64,000 nt of DNA from Bigelowiella natans CCMP2755 (Eukaryota > Protista > Cercozoa): positions 8,040 through 72,039 of the forward strand of contig ADNK01001740.1 in NCBI GenBank assembly GCA_000320545.1. The letters run 5' to 3'. The position numbers were made by a program, and so were the translations under genes. Each line of letters starts with the position of its first letter. Positions within the stretch are counted from its first letter, which is position 1. The notes under the pieces were generated by a model. That model was not told where the DNA came from, ran no database searches, and saw nothing but the letters and a program-made list of their open reading frames with translations. Positions 26,259 to 39,746 of the stretch are shown piece by piece.

Positions 26259-26617
26259 TAGTACTACGAGAATAACAGCAGCCCTAAAATACGACGATGC
26301 GCGTGGAATTGGAAGCAAACATCCAGCTATCATGTATGCCTCAAGAGCCTTTCTACTGCTTCTCAAAAGACTCAAAACAGCGTATTAAAGGAAGAATAAT
26401 AGCACGAGTTCCTAGTGGCTATGGGCATGCGTGACGTGCAAACTGCCACCACACTTACCATAATGTGAGTCTTGATAAGTCTTTCTAATGACAAGCCTGT
26501 GCTCTTTAACGTATAAAGGTCGTCAAGGGGAAAAAACTCGAGTACAATGAGGAAAGGTAAGAAGAGTACACTCAATATCCCTAAAAATAGAAGAGTTTTA
26601 TCGTGATGACAGAGAAG

Positions 26618-26659
<42 letters not shown>

Positions 26660-26881
26660 TTTGTCTATGTATCATGCTGTGCGCAGATCTCCAGCCTACT
26701 GCGACAGAGTGCTATGGCTATCGAATACTAAGGACCAAATCAAAGATTCAGGTGATTACATTACTGGCCCTTTGATGCTGTTTGAATTTCGGCACGTGTC
26801 TGTGTGTGTGTGTGTGTGCGCGCGCGCGCGTGTGTGTGCGAGTGTACAAAATAGAAATATATATTTAATATATCCCATATG

Positions 26882-26916
<35 letters not shown>

Positions 26917-27798
26917 GCGTATGTCGCACACACTTGATGTTAAATCTCAGGTGTACGAGCTGCCATCGACGTCATCACGTCGGTTTATAGATGCAGAAAT
27001 ACGCAACAACTTCCCACAAATTCCTAACCCTCTGCCTAAAAACAGCCTCACTCCGTATATGCTACCCTGTCGCCTAGCGACGGCTACTACTACTACTACT
27101 ACTACTACTACTCCTACATGACAAAAAACACATTTAACACGATGGTGGCCTCGTGATGCACTTGTGCTGCTGCCCGTGATTACGTGTACTTCTCTCTTTC
27201 AGGTCGGATCACAAGCCTATATCAAACATCTTGCAGGTAGCAGACACTTTTGCTGCAGAATGATGCCTTCATGGTTTTGGCTGACCATAGAAGAAGAGGC
27301 GTAGCTTTTTATCTAATTTTTGCTGCCTTTGTCTTGGCATCGCTGATATGACTCGTTGTTCATCGTCTACCACTGTTTCGTTCTCGTTCCCTCCCCCCAC
27401 CACCACCGGTTCAGATCCCATACTACTCGCTCGCAATGCCAATACAGGACGATGCGAAGAAGTGCATAGTCACGTTCAACAAGCTCTCGGTCTGACCACC
27501 GATTTAGAGATAGGCTATGCGTGCTTCATTGTTTTGCTCCGTCATGGTTTGGAGTGACAACGGAGCTCTCTCTTGGAAGGGAAATCCACTGAGCTAGCAA
27601 ATGTGGGCACATCCCCGCTGAGAGAGGACGCAAACGCCTGAATCTGATCGAAATGAGAGCGCGTAATAACTTATAACGTGATTCGTTTTCTCTCCACTCC
27701 TCGCATTTTTGTAGGTGTCAGGTCTGCCAACGATGGACAACAACGGTATTATTTGGATGGAGAGGAGGAGGAGGAGGGAAGAGGATGATGGGACCGTT

Positions 27799-27839
<41 letters not shown>

Positions 27840-28051
27840 TATATCGTGAGTCACTATACATTAATGAATCATTTAAACACTTTTCAGGTCTGTGTGACCC
27901 TTACGTCGACTTCCTGGTATGGCATAATACGTATCCTAGAGACAGTGGGAGGCGAGAAAGGATTAGGATATTCCTAGTGAAAGCTTTTTAGCGGATTTGT
28001 TGTAAAAACTTTGAAGAGAGCAGTTTCAAATCGCTCATAGGGACATAAACA

Positions 28052-28109
<58 letters not shown>

Positions 28110-29524
28110 AGGAGAGGGAGAGAAGAGGAGAGAGGATGTGCGCTCATTGCTGACGCACGCGGTTTTGCACGCTATAAAGAGCGCTTTACTTCCGACTACG
28201 GGAAAGACGATCAAAACAGAAGTCGTGAAGAAAAGCCTCGACGCCTCATTCAAAAAGGTGATTGGACCTTCAGGGCAATCCTTGTTTTGCAGGAACGATG
28301 TCATTGCTCATATGTGATGCTGGTGGTGGTTTTGCGCAGCTATGGGGGTCCTGGTCACACTAATCGTTCCATCCTACTCTTGATTGATGATTTACATAAC
28401 AGATCCCAAAGCTCCCCCTGGTCGTCAGCAATAAGGAGAGAGTGGGTAAGACTATACTTTACTAATTAAACTTTTTGGGTTTGGATGACGGATGCGACGA
28501 GGACTGTTTCAGAGATCCAATTCATATAGACCTAAATACCGAAAGACGCTCTACACATTCGTCACTGTTTGTAGTAAGAGATGCGTGGCCTTGTAGTTCA
28601 GTAGTCAGAATAGCAAGTGACTTGATGTTTTAAATACTGCTGGTAATTTTGACCCATATGTCTCCCGTTGTCCTTCCACCCTCTCTTTACCGGTAGAGAC
28701 GCACTCGCTCACTCTTCGTGTATGGGATTCTGATTTTGCGTCTAAGGATGATCTCGTTGGCTGTGCAACGTAAGACTCGAGACGATAACAAACTATATAT
28801 ACGAGAAGTAGTCGTGCGGCTGCTTAACATACACCATAGAAATGGTGGGTTGGGTTGGGGGAACATCCATAGTGAAAACACCGACAGTTCTTGCTCTCCA
28901 GCGACCCCAAAAAGCCATCATCATCTGCCGCATAGTTCCTTTGCCATCGTGACCACCATTGCCTTAATTTCGTGCGTAGGATTCGATTTCACGAGGTATT
29001 CTCAAAGGGCGAGCAATCAGGTATTGTGATCTAAAATCAACAAGTAGTCACCCGTGTAAATTTAGCTTCCCTTGCTAAAACTAAGACAAGAACGCCGATA
29101 GTATTGTCCTGCGACATGACCCTACTCTCGAATGCAAAAGTCACATTTTCAGTGCCTATCATTCCCAGATTGTACTACTCGTTTGAAATATGTATCGTCG
29201 TTGTCGTATCATCAAAAGAGTTGTGGTGGTGAAAGTGTGCTGGATATCATAGTATTATACTAGCAGACAGAGCAAACGATGTAATCTTATAATGGTCTTG
29301 TTATATAGTTTCTGACATACATTTTACAACCTTATTAATGTTAGCTGGTATTGTTGTTGTCATTATTATCATCGTGTCTGAATATCAATCCAAAATGGTA
29401 ATGCGTTCTGATAGGATCTTCACCGTTTGTGATGCAATTTAAGCAACCACTTTTGATGGGTGGAAAGCATACAAACGGAGCAAAAGCTTTCATCGCTGGA
29501 GAAATTAGTATAGCATTTTCTTAA
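21201..29524 (+). CDS. Inositol polyphosphate 5-phosphatase flanked by N- and C-terminal C2 domains (one gene, over 20 exons)
   Basis: N-terminal C2: MFLHLYVAEARGLPVSDNHGRS|DPYLKFKVNGKKYRT..LNPIW, ELTVWDAD, GELRLMAWL. A phase-0 intron at 22526-22713 joins it to VFVGSWNVG. Phosphatase motifs: YVIGAQEC, EATGIGHVINNKGG, FINAHLAAH, RRNSDVQEI, DHIIFLGDLNYRL, DQL, PPTFK, PAYCDRVLW, SDHKPI. Second C2: LCDPYV, VWDSDFASKDDLVG, IAGEISIAFS* (stop at 29524). The link between the C2 and the phosphatase is inferred from phase-compatible splice sites. Confidence 0.85.
23450..23880. other. Probable low-quality read or assembly segment inside a 5-phosphatase intron
   Basis: The sequence switches abruptly to irregular homopolymer runs (ccccccc, aaaaaaa, ttttttt), typical of degraded read ends. 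A phosphatase exon expected here is missing or garbled. Confidence 0.7.
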
Positions 29525-29559
29525 ATAATTAGAATAATGTCAACTCATCCATGCTTAAG

Positions 29560-30720
29560 AGCACATACAACTTGGTACATGTACATTGTGGCATGCTACA
29601 GTTGAATTCATCAATCCTTTTTTATCTGAGCATTTTCATTCACATTTGGAGGTGCATGCGCGCTCGTTTTTGCGTTGTAAAGCATGACATTCTAACCGTA
29701 TTCTAGCCAGGGCTGTTGCAATATTTCATCAACCTTACATGCGCATGGGTAAAATTTGATTTATGAACCAGAGTTCTTTGGTGTCACTCATCTCAAATGC
29801 AAAGCGCAATCAACGTGCTGCACTGTTGACGCATGCGGTGCTAGAATGTGCATCGACCTTGAGCTTGCCACATTGAAACACAAACTACACGCCCAGCGCA
29901 TGCATGCCTGCGTGTTTCATTGTTTTCACAGCCAGACAGTCTCGGTAATTGTTGTGAGGAACAAAGTTTAGGCCTGTTCATCACAGCAAATGCTAGGTGA
30001 CTACTGGACTAGATTGCTCTCGCTAGTCCGTCAGTGAGCAAATCGAAGTTGCGAGACGTTGCCAGCTGCGGTGCTTTCAATTTGTTTGACCCGGTGTCGG
30101 CCGAAGGCACGCATCAGCTCTAGAGCTAGCGAGCACATGCCAGCTAGCTAGCATGCTGGCTTGCATGGCTGTTATTGAGTGTGCCACACCTCGTTTGAAT
30201 GATCGCGCCACGCTGGGATGTGAGCAAGATTGGAATTTTCTTTTCGATCAACTGATCACTCTGGCACTCGGTCGGTGTGTGGATGCTAGCATGTGACCGA
30301 AGAGGTTTCTCGAGAATTCCAGTTGCATTCTACATCACCCACGTGCGTGTGGACACAATGCTAAGAGTGCCGGATCGAGTGCTCTGGCAGCTCCAGAGCT
30401 GGCTGGCACCAGAGCAAGCCAGCTAGCTAGCTAGTGCCAGAATGCGACGATGAAATGCAACACACCTGCACTTCCACCTTGCACTTGCAGCTTGCCCAGA
30501 TGTAATGTGTCCGATCAACATTGCAAGCATGACAACTTTCCGCTCCTATTCCTCGCAGCAAACGTGAAATGACTTCATGTTGCATTCATCATTGCACGCG
30601 CCCTTGCACACACGCCGCATGAATGCCAAAATCACAATTTTGAAGAGACCTAGAAGACGACATAATCAAATGGTTGTCGCTCAAAGGAAAAAGACCCACA
30701 TGAGAGGGATACGTCTGTGC
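29560..30720. other. TpA-depleted, CTAG-rich intergenic block
   Basis: In the core (about 29960-30600) most TpA is in CTAG, including GCTAGCTAGC runs. Survivors often sit in CTA contexts (CTAC, CTAA). Confidence 0.8.
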
Positions 30721-31207
30721 TGTTGTCCGACCGCTTTAAGGTTGATATCACAGATATTTTTGCGAATTATCAACAAAAATGAATAAAAACCATGGTATTT
30801 GTACATTGCGACAGGTCTGAGACTTTGTCGCTTGTATTTTTCTATTGGGATAGGCGCGCAAAACCGTTCTGAATATTCGGAACATAGTCCTTCAAGGCGA
30901 ATCAGTCGTTCGTTGGGGGTGGGTCGAGAGAGAGAGAGGAGTAGTGCTTTTATGTAGTCTTTACCATAATCATACTGTGTTTTGTGTAATCGTATTCATT
31001 GATACGTGCAGATAGAAGGTAGATGGTGTTATTGGATTCGCATCAATTCAAAATTCAACCTAATTCGGACTGCCCTGCTTTGGAGTAGTTTGGGAGCAGA
31101 CGGTCGCGGCTTTAAGCTTCTACACTTTTCCTCATTTGCGACTCCCGTTACGCAACACCTGGACTAGATTTGTGGGGGAGCTTGATAAAGCCACGTCAAC
31201 CCGCAAA

Positions 31208-34200
31208 ATGGTGAAAGGTTTCAACATCCACCTCTCAATGATCGAGCTCGCCCACAGAGTATGTGTGTCGGCCATCACTACAGGTGGGGAAGCTATCAAA
31301 GTGGTTGTTCGGTGCAGGCCTTTCATCAAGGAAGAAGCCAAGGTGCGCCAGCATTATCATTGTAGTTAACCCCTTGAAAGTCTTAATGATGCTCCCTAAA
31401 ATCCACGTAGACGAATCGTAACTGCATCCATATCTCCGGAGAAGATTCAACAGTAGTGGTAAGGGCATTCGTTATGATGACGATATCTCTCAGTGTATTC
31501 TTCCCACCGTTTCAGCAGATTTACCTCAATAAAAAAATGGTTTATGTATGCATACCGGGATTAGGTATTGGACAAGTCGGGGAACGAAGGAGACAAACCA
31601 AAGAAAAAGGTGATCATAACAATCTCAAACTGACTGATTTGCAATGCAAGCATCACCGCTCTGCGACCCAGAGACTCAACATAACATATAGTTATGAATT
31701 ACTCACTTCGAATGATTTCATGCTACATCATGATTGTGCTCGGGGAACGTTCCGGAGCAGGATGGGGGTCATAAATTCACGTTCGATACCGTTTTCGGAA
31801 CAGAAAGCAGCCAGGAAGAGGTAAGAGACGTAACTCAAAACAAAGGTGCGCCATATTTATCATTGCTACTCCTCCAAGGTATACGAAAGAAGTGTGAAGA
31901 ACATGATCCCAAAATTGCTGGAAGGGTACATTCACGTTTCAATCTCGTTAAAACCACAGAGATAATCATACACTATCTTTGCTCTGCATATTGGCACAGG
32001 TTCAACAGCACTGTCTTCGCATACGGTGAGAAAACCAAACCAATTGCGTATTTACGCTGTCGCATTCCGCAGAGTGTTTGAGTTTGTTGTTGCTTCTCCC
32101 CTCAACATCACTCCTTTTAGGTCAAACATCTAGTGGCAAAACGCATACGATGATGGGGAAGTTGGGGGATCAGGTACCGTCTATGGATTCGCTCATTAGC
32201 TACTATTTGTTAGTCACAAAACATAGAGCAGAAAGATACGATAGGGAGAATAAGTTGAGCATTAATACACCACCGGTGAATCGAGCTATATTTCACATGA
32301 GCACTATCTTTTCTTGTTTGGGAATACGTGTGCCAGTCGCTTGAAGGCCTGACCCCCCGATTGACTAGACAGCTATTTCGGTAGGCAGCACGAAACAATG
32401 ATGATAGTAATAATACCACAGTAACTATGGCCCTCGTTCTCACGCTGTCAGTTGACTCTCCACTCGCAGATCGATCGAGGAATCTCCTGCTGATACCGAA
32501 TTTGTGGTGACATTGTCTTACATGGAAATCTACAATGAGCAGGTTACTTCCAGCGTGGTGGTGGTGGTGGTGCTAAAAGGGCTGTGCTAAGATAATATCA
32601 GGAGAGAAATCATGAGACTACTAATCATAAGCATTTTCCCCTCGGATAGGTCTTTGACTTACTTCCAGAAGAAGAATATGCTGCTCCGGTGAGATTGCGG
32701 CTATTTACGAATATGTTTAATGTTGGGGCTTCAGCGTGTGTGAGGAGAATGTATAGAATTGCTTGCTTTATATGTAGTGCAAGCAGCAAATACTGGGGTC
32801 AATTAGCATATCCTTCGGATGGCGTTTTTGGCATTTTGGAAACAATTCTCTGCTACAATAAAAGCCTTTCTGGACAATAATTTCACAGAAATCGAGAGGA
32901 CGGAGGAATAGGAAGAAGCATGAAGACGCTCTCAAGATACGCCAAGGCAAAGGGTAAGTGCGTATTGCGAACACACTTTGAGCGATGCATACGTGACAGC
33001 AATCAGCTTGCATCAACGTGCGCTGTACCGAGTGTATATGCAATAATGCAGTTTGTTTCGAGCGATGTACCGTTGGCTTGAGTAGGTGATAGCTACCTTG
33101 ACCTTCCTCTTGAATGATATGTTAGCAAGCGTTGTTTATTGTATTTACCACGTCCCACCGGCGTTTAGTCTCCCCTCTCTTCTCCTTGTTTTTCCACAAC
33201 TTATGCTGTTGGCAGGGGTTTCTTCGTGGAGAACTTGGCTAGACACATTGTCAAATGTAAATTGCAACTCATCGGAGCATCAAAGCACTTTGTATAATCC
33301 TTTCCAAATCAATTGATGAATCGTATAGATAAGCCAGTATCCACGTGACATACGTGCGAGTATTCAGTGTTTCATGCGATTCCTTAATATTTAATGTTTC
33401 CTACAGCGTATCCGGAAGTGGTTAAACTGATACGAAAGGGCTCGTCCCGAAGGTATACCGTTGCATTTACAGAAGGGCCAATGTGGGTGCCTTTGTAAAA
33501 ACTTACGAGGAATACGAGGCTTGCCGTAAAATGTGTTTCACGTTCTACGTGCATAAAGAATAGTCACCTCTCTCTGTTTTCGTATGGCGTCGCTTTGAAA
33601 AACGAGTATCTTTGGTGTCCCACCCCTCTTACCCTCTCTGGATGGCGATCTTATAATCAGGAGTGTCGCTGCTACTGACTTCAACTCTGAGTCATCTAGA
33701 TCGCATGCTATTGTGGTCGTCTACGTTGAGCACACCGTGCAGGTGGGTAAATAAGGTATAAATAAAAGCCGTGAACATCTATTTAATTAGACCTCGTCAT
33801 CGCAATTCTTAGCCGAGCGTTGGAAAGAAGCACATCGTTGCAGCGAAGCTGAATCTTGTAGATTTAGCCGGCAGCGAGAGGTTCCAAGGTCAGGTTTTTT
33901 TAAAGGCACGGGTGACATAAATCAAAACAAAGAGGGGGGAGGGGGGGGTGAGTAAATTCTTAATCTATATCTTCGCTTTGAAAATTCGATGATGCGGATT
34001 ATATCACCCACCAAACCCTCTTTCCATGAACATGCTTGTCCACGCAATACGATGATGAGGAAGTCGATCTTTTAACTGATATTCTTAGGAAAGACCAAGG
34101 ATATGGCGAAGGTTCGCACTCTGCCCCATCCCCTGATTCCTACTTTTACACGGCATTAGCCTTTTATCACGTTAGCCTTTTATCACCAACGCATAAAGAG

Positions 34201-34776
34201 CTCCGCCTACAGAAGAAAGATAGCAAGCTAGCATGTGCTTGTCTCCCTTCCCCCTTCCCTCCTCTCTCTCTCTCTTTCCCTGAGTCTAATATATGAGGTA
34301 TGAATCGTAGGAATCAACTTCAATCAACCAATCTCTTTCAACGCTTGCTAATGTCATTGCTGTGCTCGCCTCGGGGAAGAAAGGGTAAGGACACAGCAGC
34401 TGCTGCGGAGATAGATTAGGCGGATGCTGAGTAGATATCCTTCCTAAGTGAATATAGATCACCATGACGGCATGTATGTGACTGTAATCCCTGTGTTTAG
34501 GTTTGTACCGTATCGAAACTCAGCACTTACGATGGTAAGTCTGAATTGAGTTGAGCACCAATAGTTTGCCTGTTGGCTGCCTCTTCATTGCAGTGTTCTC
34601 CACAAGCCTTTATCCCTCCTCTATTTTCCTCCCCACCGTCCTATTTTAAACGCTCTTGTGAATCAGCTCTTGAAGGACTCGTTGGGGGGGCATGCATCTA
34701 CTGTGATGTTCGCAAACATCAACCCTTGTGATAGGTACACACACACGCGCGCGCGCGCACACACACAAACACACAC

Positions 34777-34818
<42 letters not shown>

Positions 34819-35581
34819 CACTGCCAAATCTCATACATTGAATCGAAGAGAATGTTGTGATGAAGTGATCCTCCTACCAGACATTCCAACGAAACAACCT
34901 CTACCCTCCGCTACGCAGCGAGAGCCAAAAAGGTGAGACAATGATGATGCCTTGTGAGTTCTTTTCAAAAAGCATCGCGAAGTTTCCTTTTTTGGTTTTA
35001 AGAAACATGGAATTCACCTTGGCGGTTTTGCACCCTTAGATCAAAAATCGGCCGCGGGTGAACCAAGACCCAAAGAACGCGCTTCTAAAGCAGCTTCAGT
35101 CTGAGATAGAGAAGCTGAAAGCTCTGCTTGAGGAGAAAGACAAGATCATTGCGAGGTCAAAATTTACGCGTTTTTTACTCTTTAGAGGCGCTGTTCGTGT
35201 AGATGAAGACGAGCTGATGAGTGTTTTACGGGTGTTGTGCTTCGATTCAGTGCGGAAGCGATGAAGGGAGACGCAGCCGGAAGCACTGAGGACGTAGATG
35301 GCGGCAAAACAGGTGTGCACCTCTCGGTGTCACTCTTATGAAAAACCCGAAAGCAGGGAGACAATATCATGCTCCGTACATTGTTGGCTGCGATTGAATG
35401 AGGTGTAACTCATTTCTCTGGCAATGCATGCATGCATGTGTGTGTGTGTGTGTGTGTGTGTGCGTGCGTGTGTGTTGGGCAGATGGAGAGGCTGCTCAGG
35501 AAGGGGCAAGTGATGAAACACGGGAGGGGAGAACGATATCGATTCAGGTGGAGAAGACATCGCTTTGCCTTTTGCTGAGTT

Positions 35582-35651
<70 letters not shown>

Positions 35652-35733
35652 ATCACACAACGAGCTAAATAAGAATTACATTGAAATTTATACGCATTTA
35701 AAGGTAGAAAAAACAAGTATACATATATCATAA

Positions 35734-35792
<59 letters not shown>

Positions 35793-38317
35793 ATGTGTGT
35801 GCGTGTGTATAATTAAATGTACATTTGCGCTTTGACACACCTAGGTTGACAATAGCGATTCCAGCAGCAATGCAGAAAGGACATCTTCTCTGGAGCTCAG
35901 TAGGCAGCAGTTGCGCCTTCAATTAGACATGTAGGCAGATACACCCTCGACTAATACCTTCTTTGCCGGAGAACTATATTGCTGCCATGTGAATTGGGCC
36001 GGGGACAAGTTGAATAGTAGTCCTTGCATGTCTTCGTTAGGACAAGGCGCGCAACAATACGTGGAATGTCTTTGGTTTCGGCAGCTTCCCCTCGGTTTGT
36101 CGCAACCCAAATATGGGGATTTTTCCCCCAATATTATATATATATATATATATATATATTTTATATTAATGTATGTATTTGAAATGGAAACTAGCGCTCA
36201 GGATGAAATTCGCCGTTGTCTTTTCTGCGACGGCTGCCGCTGTGTGATGCGTTGTGATTTTGCACAGGAGAGCCCAATCAGTGTTGTCCTAATCCTTAAT
36301 CCTTTCGATAGGCTGTTGTACAAAACAGGCCTTAGCTGTATTTGCCTTCCACACAATGTCACCAGCTCTTTTATCGACTTTCGAGCATTTCCTTTTTAGA
36401 CACGAAAATCGAATTTGTAGCTAATTATCTCGATGGATTTTTGACAGGCTACGAGTGCTGAGCTCTGGGGGGCCAGGCTGGGAGGATGACGAGAATAACG
36501 TTCTTAACGACGGCGATAGGAAAAAGTCGGAGGAGCATGCAGGCATGAAAATAACAACAAAATGCGTTTTCTATGTCAACTTCTGAGCTAATACCGCACA
36601 ATTGTATGTTCTACTAAATATAAAGACGGCAAGGGTGATACTGACACGGGCAATAGTTTATTGAAAGGTCTCTTTACATTGCATGGTTTTGGTGTTGGCG
36701 CTTACATGCATGCTGTTGTCGTGGTCATCGTCGTCGTTGTTGTTGTTGTTGGTGAACTTACAACTACCATGTCGTATGTGCAGTGGTTGCAGCTGCGATG
36801 TTGCGTCGAGGGTCTACTACTGTACAGGACCTTGCCTGTACAGCTCCAGTAGCAGATATGGAAGAAGACTCGGATGATGGGGACAATAAGGTGACGTCTT
36901 TAGCGAGTTTGGAACACATTGAAGAGTACGGATCGGCTCACACTATCGATCTTCTATAGGACGGCATGGACGCTGATTTGGCCTCCGCCATTGAATTGGA
37001 AAAGGACACTGGGCTGATGGATATGATTCAGGTACTGATGAAATTAGTAAGAAATGAAGGGCATAAGCGCATTGACTGATGGAAACCGAAGGAAATGCGG
37101 GGATCGGAAACACCAGACACAAAGAGCCCCAACCAACGTTCTGATGGTCAATACCCATTATAGTTTTTGTGTGCATTTTATCCCGTAGTCGAGTAAATCG
37201 TCACAGCAGCTAAAGGGGACGAAGGAAGGTGCTGCGAGAGAGGAAGAAGAGAAGAAGATTGCAATTGGACTTGGAGAGAAGCAAGAAAGCGAGGGAAGAG
37301 GTGGTGGCAAACTTGAGTCATCCGACGCTCGTCAGCCTCAGGTAAAGCAAATGCGTCGCCTAATAAATCAATTCCTATACCGACGTATCTTTCACGCTCA
37401 AGTCGCTCCTTTCTTAGGCTAGTAAGGGACTGCCCTCAGGCTCTAGAGAGTATAACTGGAGGTAGTAGTTATGGCCAACGTGTATTCGCACATGAGTATG
37501 AGCTAGTAACGAGGTGTATATGCGCATGTTTATTCGTGCGTGTCTCGGTATGTGCCTATCTCTCTATATGTCAATATTATATCTAAATAAACATTCGAAG
37601 AAAGTGAATACATGGTGACCCAAAATCACTGTACCCCCCCTCTCCCCCCCCCCACCCGCCTCCCCCCTCAATCGCCTCTAACTCCACGGCGCCTGCCATA
37701 CCCCACCCACTTTCCTTGATTTATGTGTTTTGGTTTTCTTTCCTTTTACTTCAGGAGCGGTTTTGCAAACGTGGATCCAGAGTCGATAAAAAATGTGAAA
37801 GTTAAGTACGAAGTTAGGACCGAGGTCGAATCGGAATATGATAAGCAGCTGCGAGAGGTAGTAGTGGAAGTAGTAGCAGTAATGGTGTCTTTTGATCAAT
37901 GAAGGCCCCAGATAAAAGTGAGCTGGTTGGCAAAGAATGATGCCATTGTTTTGTGTGCTGTATTAGCAATGCATATTCGTGTGTGCATGCGTGCGTGTGT
38001 GAATGTGTGTGTGTGTGTGTACACTACATAAAAAATCTAAATTAACACACTTGGGTCTGGTAAACTGCTTCCCAGATACAGGAAGAAAACGAGGCGTTAA
38101 GGAAGGCGTTGTCCGACGCACGACAGACCGCCTTCGTACCGGAACCAGTAATTCTCTCTTCGAAGAATAGTTTTGCCAAAGTGGCAAAAGGAATAGGATG
38201 CTGAATTTTCTGTAGTAGCTAGTCGTTGGATTACTACTCACCATTTCATTGCTTCTTGGCGTACAGGTTCGAAGACCCGGATGTCTTGGAATCACTAAGG
38301 ATTGCTCCCTGATGTAA
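31208..38317 (+). CDS. Kinesin motor protein with a kinesin-2-like neck, multi-exon; predicted C-terminus CSLM*
   Basis: Exons give EAIKVVVRCRPF, FTFDTVFG, FNSTVFAYG|QTSSGKTHTM (P-loop), SYMEIYNEQ, NSESSRSHAI (switch I), LNLVDLAGSER (switch II), SINQSLSTLANVI, VPYRNSALT, LLKDSLGG, ETTSTLRYAARAKK and the neck IKNRPRVNQDPKNALLKQLQSEIEKLK. The tail exons are low-complexity and less certain. The last exon is 38267-38317. Confidence 0.9.
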
Positions 38318-38439
38318 TCGACGACAGGCCGGTGGATCCGAAAGAAAGATTGTGTGTTTTCATTGATGTGGTTGTGCTCCTAAGAGGTGTGATAATATTC
38401 TTTATGTGATGCAGAGCATTTTTGATGCCTCCACTCATG

Positions 38440-39370
38440 CCAGCATCATGTAGTGTCACTGCATGAACATTATCATCTAAATTTTACTGTGCTCAATGAT
38501 CGACGACGACTGGAGCCGCGCTAGCTAGTCAGTGTCGCAGGTACATGCGCATGTTTACCTTGCATGGTGACTTCTGTGTCCAGCGTCTTTGCATTTAACA
38601 TGTGTACATGAATAGCATGTAGCATGTTGCGCAATTAGTCGTCCCAGAGCCTGCGAACACAATGATGTACATGGAACATGGACGGTGATCGTGTACATGG
38701 ACTTCACAAGTCCCTACACGTGTACGCGCATGCAAACACATGTACTCATCCTTCATGTGCACTTAAAAAACTCACGTGCTCTTTTCACATCCACACATGC
38801 ATGCTACCATGCACCAAACAAATCACGACACATGTGCTGTGCAATGTGCACATGCAACTTGGGATGCACATGCATGTTCATGTGTGCGCTAATGCACGCT
38901 GCATGTATGTGAAGTAAAAGGTGCATGTGAAGTAGTCGATGCACATGTCACACTAGCACAGACAGCACACATACATGCATGTGGACTTTATGTCCCCATG
39001 TGTGCAAAATGACGCATTTGCGTTAGAAAGTTGGCGTGCTAGCGTGCACATGAGCCATCGCCAATTTTTCCCGGCTCATAGTCTTTTCTTGCGTTTTAAG
39101 TACGCCAACTGCAGATGTATAGTGCGTTTAATCTGTGCAATGCAAAATTCTATTAGTCATCATTTGTTGCGCACCTGCCAGCTATTGTCTCCCATCATTA
39201 GATCACAAAGTGTTAGTGCATGCACGGCGTTGTGTTTGTAAGCCTTGTGTGCAGTTATGCAATTGCAAAAATGCATGTAAAACGGAGGCACAACCTATTG
39301 ATGCAACGCTGTCATTTCAAGCGCATAATCACATTTGTACGTTGCAAATAGCTGGATAGCATAAGCATAA
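38440..39370. other. Partially TpA-depleted block, probably converted AT-rich or (TA)n-like DNA
   Basis: Long stretches of ACATGCATGT, GTGCACATG and CACATGTG. The Cys/His/Met-rich ORFs here are spurious. Confidence 0.65.
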
Positions 39371-39619
39371 TATAAAAATAATACAATGACACACAAAATC
39401 GAATCTATCAGGCTTATTTATAATTAACTCGCATGCTCGGACTTCGATTCCATAATTAATGGCGCATCATAAGCAACTTCATCTCTTTGTAGCTGACCCT
39501 CTTCTTGCTGATTTTGGCCCCTAGATGGGGGAGGGGGGGCATTTTTCTCATTTCCACCTGACATATATGCGTAATCAACGACCTGTGAAAAAAAACAGAG
39601 AGGGATAAACTTATCAGGA

Positions 39620-39704
39620 CTAAAACACGCAAGGCATCTGATTATGTAACAACGGGGAACGGGGAATATTCTGAGACAATGAACGCTTAGGCAATACGCA
39701 CAGG

Positions 39705-39746
<42 letters not shown>

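Noticed and set aside
29708-30819. Second hAT-like element (CAGGGCTGTTGCAA versus reverse-complemented CAGACCTGTCGCAA)
   Set aside because: The match is only 11/14, does not extend, and the flanking 8-mers (ATTCTAGC / AGACTTTG) do not form a TSD.
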